A stretch of 64,000 nucleotides of DNA from Balanoglossus misakiensis (lineage: Eukaryota > Animalia > Hemichordata), in contig CM082581.2 in the NCBI GenBank assembly GCA_040954595.2, positions 7,772,059-7,836,058 on the forward strand. The letters are read 5' to 3'. The position numbers were made by a program, and so were the translations under genes. Positions 1 through 14,387 of the stretch are shown here, in pieces (the stretch's first letter is position 1; each line of letters begins with the position of its first letter). The notes beneath the pieces were generated by a model, which saw only the letters and a list, made by a program, of their open reading frames with translations, made no database searches and was not told the DNA's origin.

Positions 1-2181
1 GTGATCCGATTTCTTCCTAATGGTATTGTTGAAATTGTACAATGAACACGTGGGTTGTTGCTTTTTTTACTTGCAAGGAATATTGTTGATTAAATTCATT
101 TAAGTTAATTGCAAAAAATATGAATCATCGTCAAATTGAGTTCTTTCCGACTGATATATACAGGAGAATGCTTTATTTTTGTCCCGGTCTTCCAAAATAT
201 AAGCGTGTGTCGAACGCTAAATCAATAAATAAGAACATGTGTCGACACAAAGGGTATTTATGAAAATTTTGACAAAGTTGCTGGGCCATCCGAGGGAACA
301 TTTGGACATCCTATACTATATATGTACACGTACAATGTATTAGAGAATACGGAGTGAATGGAATTCGTTGAAATAGTATTTTACGTGTTGGCGCCTTTAT
401 GGCGCGACATTCATAATTGATTTATCAAGAGTTATGTACGTTTTATGAGAATGCTAGCGGGAGTTCATGAGACGCTGCATAAATGACTGATATAAAACGT
501 ATCCTTGGATATCATTGCTGATGCTCCATCCACGTTTACTAGTAAGGTACCTTCCAAGAGGGCGCTGTGACACATGTTTCAAACTTTTAGGGAGTTTTCA
601 ACTTTATTGAGGGGAACGGGAACAGTTTTTCCCACACTCCCAGTAGCCAGAAGTGTGTGAGAGTCGTGAGCGCAGGCGGATACTTGAATATGTATGTCAG
701 AAATTTCAGGTGAAAATCATAACCAAGTTTAAAAACCAACGATGCGGAAGTAAAAACTGTTTGCCATTGTCTTGGTGTTCACTATGAATTACTGTCTTAG
801 ACAAATACTTTCTTATCTGAACAAGGAGAGAATTGACAGAGATTGGCGACAGAATAAGCGACGAAAGGGAAAAGTCATTTCAGGGATAACTTCGCCGATT
901 CGGGAAGAAGGTAAAAACAAAAGACACCCCCCTTGATGGGATGTGTTCGCACTGATGGCGCTCTCATATGTCACGAAGTTCTCCGATCCTGGTTGTGCAA
1001 GGTGGTTTTTACTTCTCTAGTTCTTATGCTATTTACAATTTGTCAATACCAGGAATATGCAAGAATATCAAGACAGTAATGTCATCAAGTGTGCAGGCCT
1101 ACGATGTCATCTACTCGAGCTCCTAAATCGTTCGCACTTTGCCCAAAGCAAAAGTAAAAATAAACACACTAAAAATTTACTAAAAGTAAAACAATAAAGA
1201 AATCACACAACAACATCATGTTCATTTTGAGACTAGCAATAAAGATCAATATACTCCAATAAAGAAAAACAATAATAAATTTTTTTACATACTGCAAACT
1301 TTAATCTAACTTTTAAAGTGACTTCGGTTTTTTTGGAGTACATATACGCGCATAGCTCAACCTGAAGCTCACAAGCGACTGTGGTTTGTGCTGGAGTAGA
1401 ACTCGTTTTGCATGTCAGACTGCGCGGTTTTTACACGGTGTTCGTTTTGCTATGACTACAACGAAAATAGTGCACGATAGCATCCAAAATAGAACCATTC
1501 GACAGGAACGTGTGTGGCCGGGGGTCAAACTCCCAGAAAAGTTTTGTTTCTCGTCTGGATATTACGTTACGGCTGCGTGGCATTGTGCTTTGTTATATAT
1601 GGTATCTAGGACTCGACTATTTGTATTGTATTATGGGGTGTTGTCAAAAGCGTGCTGGTGGGTTTTAAAAGTCCTGTGCAATTCTCCGCATTTTCTATCT
1701 TACTGCCAGCAAAATGCGAAGATTGTGCAAGTCGAGGCCCACATCTGCTTCGTAAACGTGTGGTTGCACAGCCCTGGAGGTGAGCTGGGGTGAGCGCGGT
1801 GTTTTCTTTCGTGATCACCCACGGGGCAATCCTCATGCAAATTACACCACGTACGGCTGCTGCGGTGAAGCTGTACCACGTCGAATCACCCCGTGATTAA
1901 TATATGTACGTAGACATCATGTCGCTAATCACCCTTCCTCAGCCAATGAACTTATCGCTAACCACGTGAGGATGGGGATGTTTGCGTACAGTGTAACTGT
2001 TGCGCTAATCGGCCACTAATAGGCATTCGGTCACCTTCCCGGAAGAACGAGAAGACGTAAGTCCGGGACACCTACTTGAGGTTATCTTGGTGCAGCAACT
2101 TTACATCCGGACCTGTTCGCGATCGATCGCAAGTTTGGTTCCTCCTTGTTTTTAGCAGGTATTTCGACTGGCTATATCACC

Positions 2182-5100
2182 ATGGCCGTGGGATTGTCAC
2201 TTGAACAACTTTTACTGCTTTCTTTGATTGGTGAGTTCTTTTAACTTCTGTTTCTCAAAGGGAAAAGTAGACGCGCTGTGCACATTTCATGCGCATCATT
2301 GTGTCAGTCTCCACTGCAATATACACAGCGTGTAACCGAACCCCGAACGAACATTACCATCATTGTACTTGCAGGATAGGACATGAATGTACAACGTAGA
2401 CTTGCATTGAATGTCTGTTTTTCAAGGGTAGGATTGCATCTACATTTCCATAGTATTAAACCCCACAAGCGCAAGCTTTACACATTGTGTTACAAAAATT
2501 GCCTGCTCGGTGCGTGCAGATATGTTTTAATTATGATATAGACGTCGACTTAACCTCAGAAATCGACGAAGAAAAAATAGCAGTCCACCTAATCTTACAT
2601 TGTAACTGATTGAGATTTTTCCAGGATTAGTAAATTCGCGAAGCCAAGTTGGGCTTTTCAGCACAACTTGAGCAGGTAACAGGGAGGGACCACGCCCTTA
2701 ATATGGGGAGGGGCTAGAAGATATGCAAAATTAGTTGAGATTTACCACTCCGGGAGATTCACACGCCCCTTAAAAATCTGAGCTACTGATTGCAAGCAGT
2801 AATAATGACTGTCAATTATAGGAAAACGTTTTGTATACCATTGTACAAGTTTATCTTACCTTTTCAGTCAGAGATCTATGGACAGATTTTGTCTGAAATA
2901 AAGTGAGATAAAAAAATCTAAATAAGAAAATGAATGATAAAGATGTCTAGAAACCATTTATTATGTTCCTAATGCTGATATTAAACAGGAACTCAATATT
3001 CTTGCTGTTAGTCATTTTTGCCTCAGGGGCAACCCACTTGATATCAGGGGGGGGGGGGTGCTGGAAGAAATGGGTATGGATACAACTTTTTTCCCCCACC
3101 ATAATGACAACACATTTTTTCTCCAAGTATTACCGGTACACTGCAGAATTTTTTTAAAAGCAAGGTTAATGCACAGCAAGATTTCATAAAGACACATAAA
3201 AACAAACAGTTTGGATGGTATTAAACTGAGCTTTGCATTTTATTTGTATTTCAGCATTGTCGCCAGTGTCATCCACGTCGTTAACGGCAACCTTCGACAT
3301 GTCTGGCGTGTCTGGTACCATTCTGTTTGAGCAGCTGAACCAGGGAAGTACGACAACCATCACCGTCACCCTGCAGGGCTTGCAAGCTGGTACTAGTTAT
3401 CAATGGGAGGTCCGCGATCTCCCGATGTTCTACGACAGGGTTGACAAGTGTGCCGAAGCGGTATTGGGATCAGTTAAGCACGATCTGGATGCGAGCCACG
3501 CAACTCTGACGGATGGCAATTCAAACGGTCAGCAGTTCTCAGATAGTAACGTGGATCTCCTCGGTGTCGGCAGTGTGAGTGGTCGTTCAGTTGTGTTAGA
3601 CAACGGCTCGCATCGCGTTTGCGCAACAATACGTACGTCCGAAAACATGGTGACTGGCATAGTCTTACTCCAAGCGCCCGTCGCGGGGATGATTATGCTA
3701 CGGCAGTCAGCTAGTGACAGCTCGGCTGACACAACAGTATATAGCGATCTATTCTTTATAGACGAAAGTCCAGGCAGTACGTATGAATGGTCTGTCTATA
3801 GCAACGTGGATGGAATAGACTATGATGTGACGCACAGTGACCGTTGTACCGCGGTGACTTCGGTGTACAACCCAACAAATAATGACAATTCAGGCTGCAG
3901 CACAAGTGACCAGAGCAGCTGTCAAATCGGCAATCTCTCCGGCAAATTAGGAGACGTGGAAGTGGGAGCAAACAAAGGTGATGCCGCCAACCAGTCCGTT
4001 GATACAAATTTACCACTGTCTGGTGCGAACTCCGTCATCGGACACACCGTGGTGATCAAGTCGGGTGGCCAGAAGCTGGCGTGTGGTTACATCACAGCAT
4101 TAGAGAGTAGGACTGTGGAGGCTGTGTTCAGCTCTCAGGAAGTGAACGGATCGGTCACCTTCACTCAGCAGTCACCCCTGGATCCGACAACTGTACACGT
4201 CGCTCTTGACAACCTGCAAGGTCAGGGGAAATATTATCACGTGCATAATTACCCAGTCCCGCCTAGGATAAGTGAATCAGACAGCGTCTGCAGTTCATTT
4301 TCCGTCAGCGGGCACTGGAACCCTTATGGCATAGATCAAGACAGTAGCCCAACACCTCCTACTGGCACAGTTGACGAGTATGAAATTGGTGATTTGAGCG
4401 GAAAGTTTGGGTCGTTGTCAGGCAACAGTGTTGACGAAACGTACACCGATTACAACCTGCCCATATTCGGTAAGCACAGCATTGCCGGCCGCTCAGTTGT
4501 TATCCATTATCCAGATGGCAGCCGATGGATATGTGCCTCCATCAACTACCCAACTGCTGTAAGAACGGCTGTGGTTGTCTTCCGAGCGCCCATCGTTGGC
4601 TACATGATGCTGCGCCAGGCAGAGGACGACCCGTTCTCCGAAACCTCGATATTCGTCAACTTGGCAGACGGTTCGACCACCACCAATGGCCATAACTGGC
4701 ACGTCCATGAAGACCCAGTCGCCAACGACTACCTCAGCACCAATTCCCGATGCAGCAGTGCGGGACCACATTACAATCCGTATTCCGCCAGTCTGGAAGA
4801 GCCGGGATACAGTTCCCAGTGCGGTGCCGATAGCCAGTTCCGGTGCGAAGTGGGAGATCTGTCGAACAAGCACACCCAGATTAATATCATTTCAGACCTG
4901 GCAACCAGTGGCGGGAAGTACTTCTTCACGGACACCCAGTTACCGCTGTCGGGGGTGACTTCAGTGGTCGGGCGATCTATTGTCGTACACGATCCGGATT
5001 CTGGCGGCAATCGGTACGCCTGCGCCAACATCTACGAACTGCAACCTACAACGGCGAGAGCCGCCACCTGGAGCGAAGGCCCCGTATCAGGAACGTTCCA

Positions 5101-8100
5101 CTTCACGCAGAACACATGGTTCGATCAAACAGAGATTGGCATCGAGATCACGGGAGTGCAGAGTCAAGCCAGTGGGTACCACATCCATGTTCTGCCCATC
5201 TTAGCTGGTGCCGAGTCCCCCTGCAGCGGTGCGTCCGTCAAGGGCCACTTCAATCCGTTCAACGTCGACGGCTCTCCAGATTCCGGCACGCACGACATGT
5301 ACGAGGTTGGCGACCTCAGCGGTAAGTTCGGTCCCCTGGATGGACTGCAGTCTCTCACGGCGACATATACGGACAGCAACCTCCCAATGATGGGACCGCA
5401 AAGTGCAAACGGAAGGTCGGTCGTCATACATCGAGACGATGAGATGGGTTCTCGGTGGGTTTGTTCGGATGTGACCAGTGTCCTGTCTTCAGCGGATTTT
5501 GAAGTGGAGGCAACCGCGGTCATAGAAACAGCATCTATCACGGGAACAGTTACCATGGTGAGTCGTGCATGTAACACATCTTCTTCTTTACAGAGTAACG
5601 CTGCCACCTGTTGATGTGTGACTTCATTGTCAGAAGTCACAGGTAGCGGCCCTTTAAATAGCTGATGATTCAGAAAAATTCAGGAAGTTGAACAACATAT
5701 ATACTGGTAGTCTGTCACAAGAAAATAAACAAAAATGTCAAAAATTATCGATTTCGTCCCTCTAAAGTCTAAGTGTTTTGTCAAGCCTGCTGATGTTTGA
5801 ATTAACACATACATTAAAATAGCCTGGGGGCTGGGGATGGGTTACAACCTTAGGAAAACATGGGCAACGGTCGTTTTCATGTTGAAAACTTCCCCCTTGG
5901 TGACCAATTTGACATGAGGAAATCTATTGGGAGCATACAAAGCTTGGCTACATGATTAATCTCAAATCATCATTGTTATCTAATCAATCATATTTATAAA
6001 AGAGCTTGTTTGGCAAATAATTTGCCATCTGCTGTGTGTCATTAAATGCATGGACGTACCACATTGGATAGATGGTCTTCTAGGCCTTGGAGCATTCCAG
6101 TAGACTAGTCAGTAATTTGTTTATTTTGTCATCAAGAGTATTTACACATTTGGAGTAGTATGTTTGGTATTAAACAGTACACAGAGGATGAACACTTGAT
6201 TGGCATGTGTGATTGGATAATCTCCTGTTAATGAAAGCAGTGGTTTATGCCCTTTAAAATGCCAGGTTACGCCATAGCAGTGTCAACCAGTCTCTGAAAT
6301 ATTTGCCTCTCTTTGTGTTTACACAATACACGTAAGTAAGTTCCGGGTTTGTGATTGAAACAAGCACATGGCTAGGTCCCTTCGCTGATGCTATAGTCTT
6401 GATCACTCAGAAATGTTCTTGGCTGCACAAACACACACACAATTTGGTCAGCCGGTGAGACCTTGCTCTACATTTCTTCCATTGTCTAGTTACTACAACA
6501 GTCAATAAACACACTGCAGGGCCACGTCATGCTGTGCTGTATTGTGAAACTCCGCATATCAGAACAGCTCAACTCCTGGTATAGGGTATTCAAAAACTTT
6601 GGCATGGACACCAACTCATCACTGCCCATTGGTATAACCCATTTCTTTAACATGCGAGATGGTTGGACCACGGTACCATTACATTACATTACATTAAATG
6701 GGGATTGTTCAAAGACTAATGACATATTATGTGACTTTAATTGTGTAAAAGTGAATAGTTTTAGCTAGCTTAAGCAAAGACCTTGCCTTTGAGGCTTACA
6801 ATACCTTAAATCTGCATATTTTGTTAATTGCCAATTGATTTACAAGGGCTATATTATCTGAACCAGCATGAACTGTAATTGTAGAATTACCATACAAAGA
6901 ACAGATTAAGAAACTTATTCTTAGAAGTAATCTTATTTGGAAGACCATGTCAGTGACCCTAGTTTGGAGTCTTATTCTATAATCTCTCACCACTTTTTTT
7001 TTGCATTGTCTTTGGCATTATGGTGTGGTTTTGTAACACTGAATGATACGTAGTAGAAGATGTCATAAGCCTTAACTTATGCTGATATCACACCATGTGA
7101 TACTTTAAAGTGACAATGAGGTCCAAAGTGTATCATTTTATTTTTTGTGGTGATTTTATATTCATGTCCAGAACCTGTTTTCAGCCTCAGTCAAGGGCAA
7201 TCATTACGGACAGAAGACAACTACTGGAACACTTTTTTAAATGTTGACAGGTGTCAGGATTTAGATTTTTTTTCGAAGAATGTGCTCCTTAAAAATGATC
7301 TATGAGGCACACTGATTCATTGAAAAGGTAACCATGACATGTTTATGGTCTGTTTATATGGTAAACACAGGTTATACTGCCTCAATGTCAATATGTGCTT
7401 GAAACTTATGAAAGCTATGTACACACTTGGCTACTGTGCAGCCAAGAGCATTTGTGGTTTCAGTGTCAAAGTAAAGTTTAAACAGTGTCAAAGTAAACTG
7501 TGCACAGTTCCTAAACACACATCTCAACTTCAAAGCCTTAAATATTGTTGCTAAAAAACACCAAAGGCAATCAATGCAGTTTCACTCAAAACAGTGTAAT
7601 CTAATTACAGTTGTCCACTTTTTTCACGGACTGATCTGTTTCCATGTGTTGTCCAGTACGTCATGCTTGGACCCCCTCATCTATACATGGCCGTAATTTG
7701 TGAATACTATATACCCATATCTTTGTATCTCTGCTGCATTACCCAGGATTTTCTGTTAAAAATTGTATCACAAATCGTGCAACTCTTTTACTATTGTCAC
7801 CTCTCTTCTTGCATTGAGGGCAATGTCTATGTACACATTTGTCATTGGCAAGTCTCTGATAAAGCTTTAATTTGTGTGGTGAAAGGTCTTTTTTTCTCTG
7901 ATCAACACTATTGATTTTGCTGCTACAGCTCAGGGCAAGGATACTGGCTCATGTCACCAGGACACTTTTGCTGATTATTACACCGTAGCTAATAGCCGAC
8001 AGAGAAGTTCTTTGTCCTAACAGGCCATCATACCCTAGTAATTATGTCTGATGGAGTCTGAACACTCTGAATTGATTTCTTGCTACAATGATTTCTCTCA

Positions 8101-11100
8101 AAGCAAAGCTGCTGTAGAGTTTCTAATAAGATTCCTCCACATTCTTGGTTCAGACTTCAACCCTGCCAACACCACGAAGGTCAATTTTTTTGTGGTGAAA
8201 GTGTTGAAATGCGGTGTCCAGACTTGATACAGTTGAATGCACAGCTCCTCACAGCTGATTAAACACCAAGTCTTGCCTGAGACAGGTGTCCATGACATTT
8301 TAACCACACCAGTGCAACAAACAAAATGATTGCGGTGGCTAGCGAAAACATGTCTGTGGTCTCCAGTGACAGGTGTCATCGACGTGACTATTTCCTCTGT
8401 GGTAGCTTATTTTAGGAGCTGTTAATTTGTCAATCACAATTATAACCACACATATTGGGTTTTGTTAATATGTGAATGCTTTTCCGTGCCTAATGAAAGA
8501 ATTTTCATTACTTGTCCATCTTCCAATAAAAAAACGAGATTACACTGATCTATTTTATAGGTGGTTGTATGGGCCTGACTGTTGAACAAAATCACATGAG
8601 GTGAATACTTCTGTCAAAACGCGATTATTTGCTTTGTCTGTTTTGGTCAAACAAAGTTCTCTCTCATCCTGGATAATGGATCCTTGAAGTGGACCTACCA
8701 ATTTTGGGTTGACCGAACTTCGATTGCTTGACCATTATTGTTGAAATGTTTTTGTCAGTCAAGTTCTGCGTCCTTTCAGACAGTGCTTGTAGTGGGTTTG
8801 CTTAGTTTCTGTGAGAATTGTCACAACACTGTTTCATTGTTCTGTCCATTCTTAGGACCATGTTGATGTGCAAAATTTACGATCACTAAACATGCTAAAA
8901 GGTGGGTGGAAGTAATTTGCCTACAAGGAACAAAGTCACCGGCCTGTGACAGCGTTGTCAATATTTTCTTTCTGTGTGAAAATAGTTTTGGCGGTGTTTA
9001 CTAAAAAAACGCTGAGTTATTGTTATGTCTTCGTGTTAGTTATGCTACCGTAAAAACTCTTTCAGTGCAAACCCCAAAATAATGATAAAACAAGTATTTG
9101 AAAAATTCATATTGTTTTTGACCTCAGTTTCGTTAATGTTGACGTGCACAGTGGATAGTCCTGACTGAAGTCTTTGTAGTGGTAGATGTTGTTACTGTTA
9201 GGTAGTAAAGTTTATGAAGGGTTGAATGGACAACATTGCTTGTCCCTAAGGTAACAGTCACAGAAAAAGAATTCAGATGTTCAAGACACATTAAACTTTT
9301 CAGACAGAACCTTCACAGTAATTATTCCAGTTGGTTAACTTGAGAGAGGAAAAAAAGAAAATTCTAATATCTAAATAAAAGAGTCAAATTAATAGAATTT
9401 TTATGGTACTGGAATGACATAATTGAGGGTACTTAACATGCCAGAAAGCAATGGCATAACTCTACAGCTTCGTTCCAGTGGTTGTCTTTGCATGCATGTA
9501 GAGATTACCATACCTGCTCATTGCTCCACATCGGTATGGGTCATTGAATGCAAATCCCGGATCAAGCTTCCTGTAAACAAAACACATGTTTTTATCCATT
9601 GTTAGCTTTTCTACATTTTTAACTTCTTTGCTTTGACAATGTAATTTGTACAATAACTATTTGTATTTGCGCTTCTTACAGAAACAAGTTCATTACGGGA
9701 GTGGTCTCCTTGGTGATACCACCATCTTGGTTGATCTGTCACCAGATGAAGAAGAACAGGTGAGGTTTTTAGCTAAGAAAAGATATTTATGTTCTTGTGC
9801 ACACACCTACAATTTACATAGGACTTGGCCATGGTTAAAATAATGCTGTCATGGGATCAGGTTAGGTCTGTGTTCACACCCGTATCTTTCACACCTGTGC
9901 CCAAGAACTGTATCTGGTTGTATAATCTCTCTGCCAGACTTTCCTGTTGTATGGAAATAGCAAAATATCGAATATCTGATAATGATATGAAATTCTTTTA
10001 TGATGTTTACAGGATGTGACCTACTTATGGAATGTCTACGCAGGATATGGCGAGAATTTGAAATGTGATGGAATTGGTGGCATTTACAACCCACACATGG
10101 TTAACACTCAGGTATTAAGTTCAGTTTATTTTGATCCTTGCTGTATCTGGTTGTATGAAACCAGAAACAAAGCCTATTGTAGTTTGCAATGAATTTGGAA
10201 ATCTAAGTCGTAACTCCAGCAAAGATGGAACTTCAGCGTCCCCTGGAAGTCGGTCACGGAATATTGTCCCCTATTGATTGGATGTAAGGTTATACATATA
10301 GTCAAGGTGGGGTATAGCATTGTAAATGTAGACTTGTAATACTAATAGCCCTGTCTCGATGTAATCTTACTACCAAGAACTACAAGTCTACAGGATCATA
10401 TGATTGACTACAGTGAGGGATAAGGCCTGACTTTTAGTTTAGTACATTTATATGACCCCGGCATTCTCTGTTTTGCAGAACAAGGGTAGATATACATTTA
10501 CATAACTGAAATAGTATCGTATCAATGCCAGCCACTCCCAGTGTGAGAATGTGATCATTTTTTTCCAACTCAGTAATTCTCACAATATCGTTACATGTTA
10601 ATTTATAGAAATTTCATATCTGTCTATGAAACAATGTCTGAATACGAATTCTGGAATTTTCTTTCCAGCAGACATTACGTCGGTTATCTTTAATGTCTAG
10701 ACAATCTCCCTGAAGGCACAGTTAATCCAGTTTATCGCAAACTGATTGGGGCACAGATGTGCCACGTTCACCGTATCCTTCAGTGCCACTGGTGTGTAGA
10801 CAGAATTCAATGGATGTGATATAACCAGATAGGTTCCAATGTTAAGTAATAGACCCTGGAAATAATGGAATCTGATTTCATTTGAGTGTTAGCCTTCTTG
10901 AAGCACTGTGAATTGTACTTTGCACGGACAAGCAAGCGATAACAGGTTTCTGCATGTCTTCCTTCGTCTTCCAAACATTTCTCACAATTTCTTAATTCCC
11001 CTCTCGCCATTGAGAAGACCAAAACATCTTTTGTTGATTTACTCAACCATATTACAAAGTGCCCCGACCTGTACTGATTTACGAGCAGATGGGACCATTA

Positions 11101-13374
11101 CAGGTGTAGCTGTGAGACGTCCACAAAATAACAAGTGGAGCTCTATCCGAATGACCCGATGATACTGAGATGTTTTTTCAATGACCTATGCAAGTAGCCT
11201 GTTGGCATAAATCTTGATCAGGGCTTAAAGCACAAAGGACCTTGAGAAGAACAAGCAGATCGTTCCCAGTTTTTAGTCACCACAAATAGTTGACGTCATC
11301 CTTTGTTGATTTCAAATACCTCAACATAGCAAGACCCCTGAACCCTGTTTAACTCTTGGTGTACAGTGTACATGTATATCAAATTTTCATTGCATTTTTG
11401 TCGCTTAAATTTGATATAATATTTTGACATCTAAACCACGAGAATGAAAGTATCTTGATTTCACTAGCTCAGCAAGTTGATCTAGAATGAAAATATTTCA
11501 AAATGGGTAAGTTAATGTACAATGAGGCTGGCCTACATTTCTGTGAGAAAGTTTTTTTTTTCAATACATGAGACTTGAAGTAACAAGCTGAATTGAGGTT
11601 CAGTTTTCCAGTTTACATGTAAGACCACCCAGAAGGGCTCTGTAATTACCAGTATGCCAATGTAAAAGAAACAGACACAATATATTGGATGAATGAGTCT
11701 TGGGCCAAAAATTGACTGAAAAAGTTGAGCTTTTATCACAACATATATTCAACTCTTTGTTGATCGAATCGTCATAAATTTAATGAAACCATAAAAGCTG
11801 CTAGATCTGAAGTGAACTAAACCTCTTTCTTCATCTTGGACCAGCTTTCCTTTGTCCAAGAAGAATGCACCTCTGTGTTGAAATTTCAGACATATGTATA
11901 CGCCCCTTGCATCTTGACATTCTGCAACACAGCTCTCATTAACCAAATTATGTGGATATATATTGACAGGGTTCCTATGATACCACCTGTAGTCTGTCAT
12001 ACCAGAGCCACTGCCAAGTTGGTGATTTGATCGGTCGCTATGGAAACCTTGTGCCAGCGGGTGGCCGTGTACGTTTCACCGATGTCAATCTCCCTCTGAT
12101 TGGCGATTCATCAGGTGAGTATGAATGTACACCAACTTAGAGAGTCTTGTGTGTGAGTATACACCAACCCAGGGATTCTTGTACATGTATGTCCAGTGGA
12201 AACAGTAAAGCAAGTTTGATATAGAACTTTTGCAGAGTTTACCAACAAAATGTTGAAGAGGTATGCTGTACGTAGTTCTTTCTATTCTTGAAGGGAAAAT
12301 CATTGAAATAATTGTTCTTGCCACTCAGTGATTGGTCGCTCCCTCAAATTGACTGCATCTGATGGGTCTCAAGAGTACTGCATGACAGTCCTGCCAACTG
12401 AAGAAACTGGAGCCGAAACTTCACTTGGATTTGCTCTTCTGGAAGAGCCTTTTGATCAGTGAGTAGCCACTTGAAAAGCACCAAGGAAACTGTAGATCGC
12501 ACAGTGGATTCAGAGAGGAAACGTGAGATGGCATGAATTCTGCCCTCAGTGGCAAAATGAAGGCCTAGAATGTCTCTTGTAGGGGCAGTGGAGAATAAAA
12601 CATGCATATAGTAAATTTCAAGTACATATTACACAATCAAACTAGTACATTTTTTTATCCCTGATACAACAGGTACCACTTCAGGCAGACTGTTGCAACT
12701 TTTGCTGGAGTTGAAATGTGGCGTGTTGTAGCATCGAGGGAGCCCAAAACTTCCACAGCTGGTTGTCAAACAATAACCTTTTGGTTTGTTGGTAAGTTGG
12801 TTGTTGTTCCACACTGTTGACCCTCAAGGTCATACATCCTGGAACTCTGCTGGTTATTAGCAATATATTTTGAAGTATATGTGTTCCAACATGTATAATG
12901 TGTTTTAGGTATTCTATCGAAAACACGAGTTATGTACTCATAGTTGATCTTCAAATATCATTTTAGGTCCAGATTCAACCAGTGTCAAGAACAGCTTTAT
13001 CACCAACGCATTGGGTGCAAATGGACAGGATCTTGGTATCTATGCTCCCACAGATTACTGCCCAATGGACTACTCCGGTGAGTTTTCTTCATTGCTTTTC
13101 TTGTGTCGGAGGTCACTTAACATTGGGAATATTATTGATCCACTCACATGCCATTCCCAGGTGTTCATATGGACTACTCAACCAATCAAATGGCTTGGAG
13201 ATTGAATGACCAGCCAATCAGATCACAAAGCCTTGTAGAATTCTGTTGTCTCTTTTGAAAATAAAAAGTGATTTTGTGTCTCTTTGCCTTTTCACAGATG
13301 TTTCTTCAGCCAACTCGCTCAAAGCAACACTACTACTGCCGAAGCTTGCTGCTCTCCTGATAGCCCTCCTGTAA
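2182..13374 (+). CDS. Cu-only superoxide dismutase repeat protein (CSRP), ~1036 aa, signal peptide plus GPI-type C-terminus. Exons 2182-2230, 3255-5557, 9682-9759, 10013-10111, 11970-12114, 12329-12458, 12673-12791, 12967-13077, 13298-13374 (alternative last exon 14311-14387)
   Basis: All junctions are GT-AG and phase-consistent (3111 nt). The N-terminus MAVGLSLEQLLLLSLIALSPVSS is signal-peptide-like. Repeated SOD motifs occur: YHVH/WHVH/YHIH, GHWNP/PHYNP/GHFNP, GDLSGK, GRSVVIH, RWIC. The SOD1 zinc-ligand histidines are absent, which fits the CSRP family. Confidence 0.9.
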
Positions 13375-14310
13375 ATCTGCCTTCTGGCATCCACTCTGCT
13401 GCCATCACAGGCCACTTCTGATTCTGCTTTTGTTTTAACCAAGCTGTAGAACTTAGAGATGCTCTCTCAATTTTTATGGTACCAATCAGCCAGAACATAA
13501 TCAGATTTGCTTCGCTGCTTTTAAAGTGTAATAAGTTATTTCTCTTATAGAGAGAATGATCTCAAAACATTTAACAATAATTATGCTGTCTTGTATAGCA
13601 TTGTATATATGTGGAGTGAAATAAAGTAAACAGGATATATTAAGACGCCATGATACAATAAAAACAGACCCTGTATACTTTCTGTGAATTTTGGCAAAGT
13701 TTGCTGCCAGGTTGTAAACCATTAATGTTTCCTTATCAAAGATTAATATACAAAGCACACATTTTCAGGAAATATATAGATGTCAGTCAGTTTTAGGAGC
13801 CCCAAGTATATTTTCTTATTTAGTCTATACACAGGGGAACCCAATCATATATACAGTACACAACCATTATTTATGCAGTGGTCAATATGCCTGTGCTCTC
13901 CCTTGCCATTCAGATCTGGTAGTAAATTTACAAATTGGGTTTGAAAATGGTTTTTCTTTGTGCTGACACAACTGCCAGGAGATTTTGAAACTCTTATGCC
14001 CATACGTGCAATTATTCACTGGTCAAATACCAAACCACACCACCATTAGAGTTCAGAAAGTGTTATTTTTGTCAGAGTTCCAATGTTTGACTAAAGTGGC
14101 TACAACAGCCACTATCATGTGCATGTGTTGACATGCATGATGCAGCAAGTAAGTTGTGTAATGTTTTTGGCAACAGACAATAAAAGCTATACTGGTATGA
14201 CTGATACACCAAAGTAGTTGTTTGTTACAAGTCATCTTACGCCATCAGGAGAAATGCTATCCAATGATTTAATGTCTCATTATTATTCATGCTTTACTTT
14301 TTTCTTTCAG

Positions 14311-14387
14311 CGGGGAATACACCCAAATCATCAGCGGTGGCTGTAACATTCCTTCTGTTTTACTACTTATGGTTCTCCGAGTACTGA
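14311..14387 (+). CDS. Candidate alternative terminal exon of the CSRP gene (AGNTPKSSAVAVTFLLFYYLWFSEY*)
   Basis: Strong acceptor (ctttacttttttctttcag), correct phase 1 after the donor at 13078, hydrophobic tail, and the same 77-nt coding length as exon 13298-13374. Confidence 0.6.

Noticed and set aside
784-954. 56-codon ORF with a possible donor at ~911
   Set aside because: No recognisable product or partner exon; it may be a non-coding leader.
1350-1900. 135-aa ORF and weak inverted motifs (GCTCAC/GTGAGC, CACGGGG/CCCCGTG)
   Set aside because: TTG start and no motif; the inverted matches are too short to define an element.
3025-3100. Poly-G tract, also at ~14629 and ~34492, as a G-quadruplex or TE end
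   Set aside because: Simple homopolymers with no matching opposite terminus in the window.
5900-11300. Coding-like patches in the large CSRP introns, possibly decayed transposon ORFs
   Set aside because: The frames I read are broken by stops and I could not identify any domain; a translated search against TE proteins is needed.
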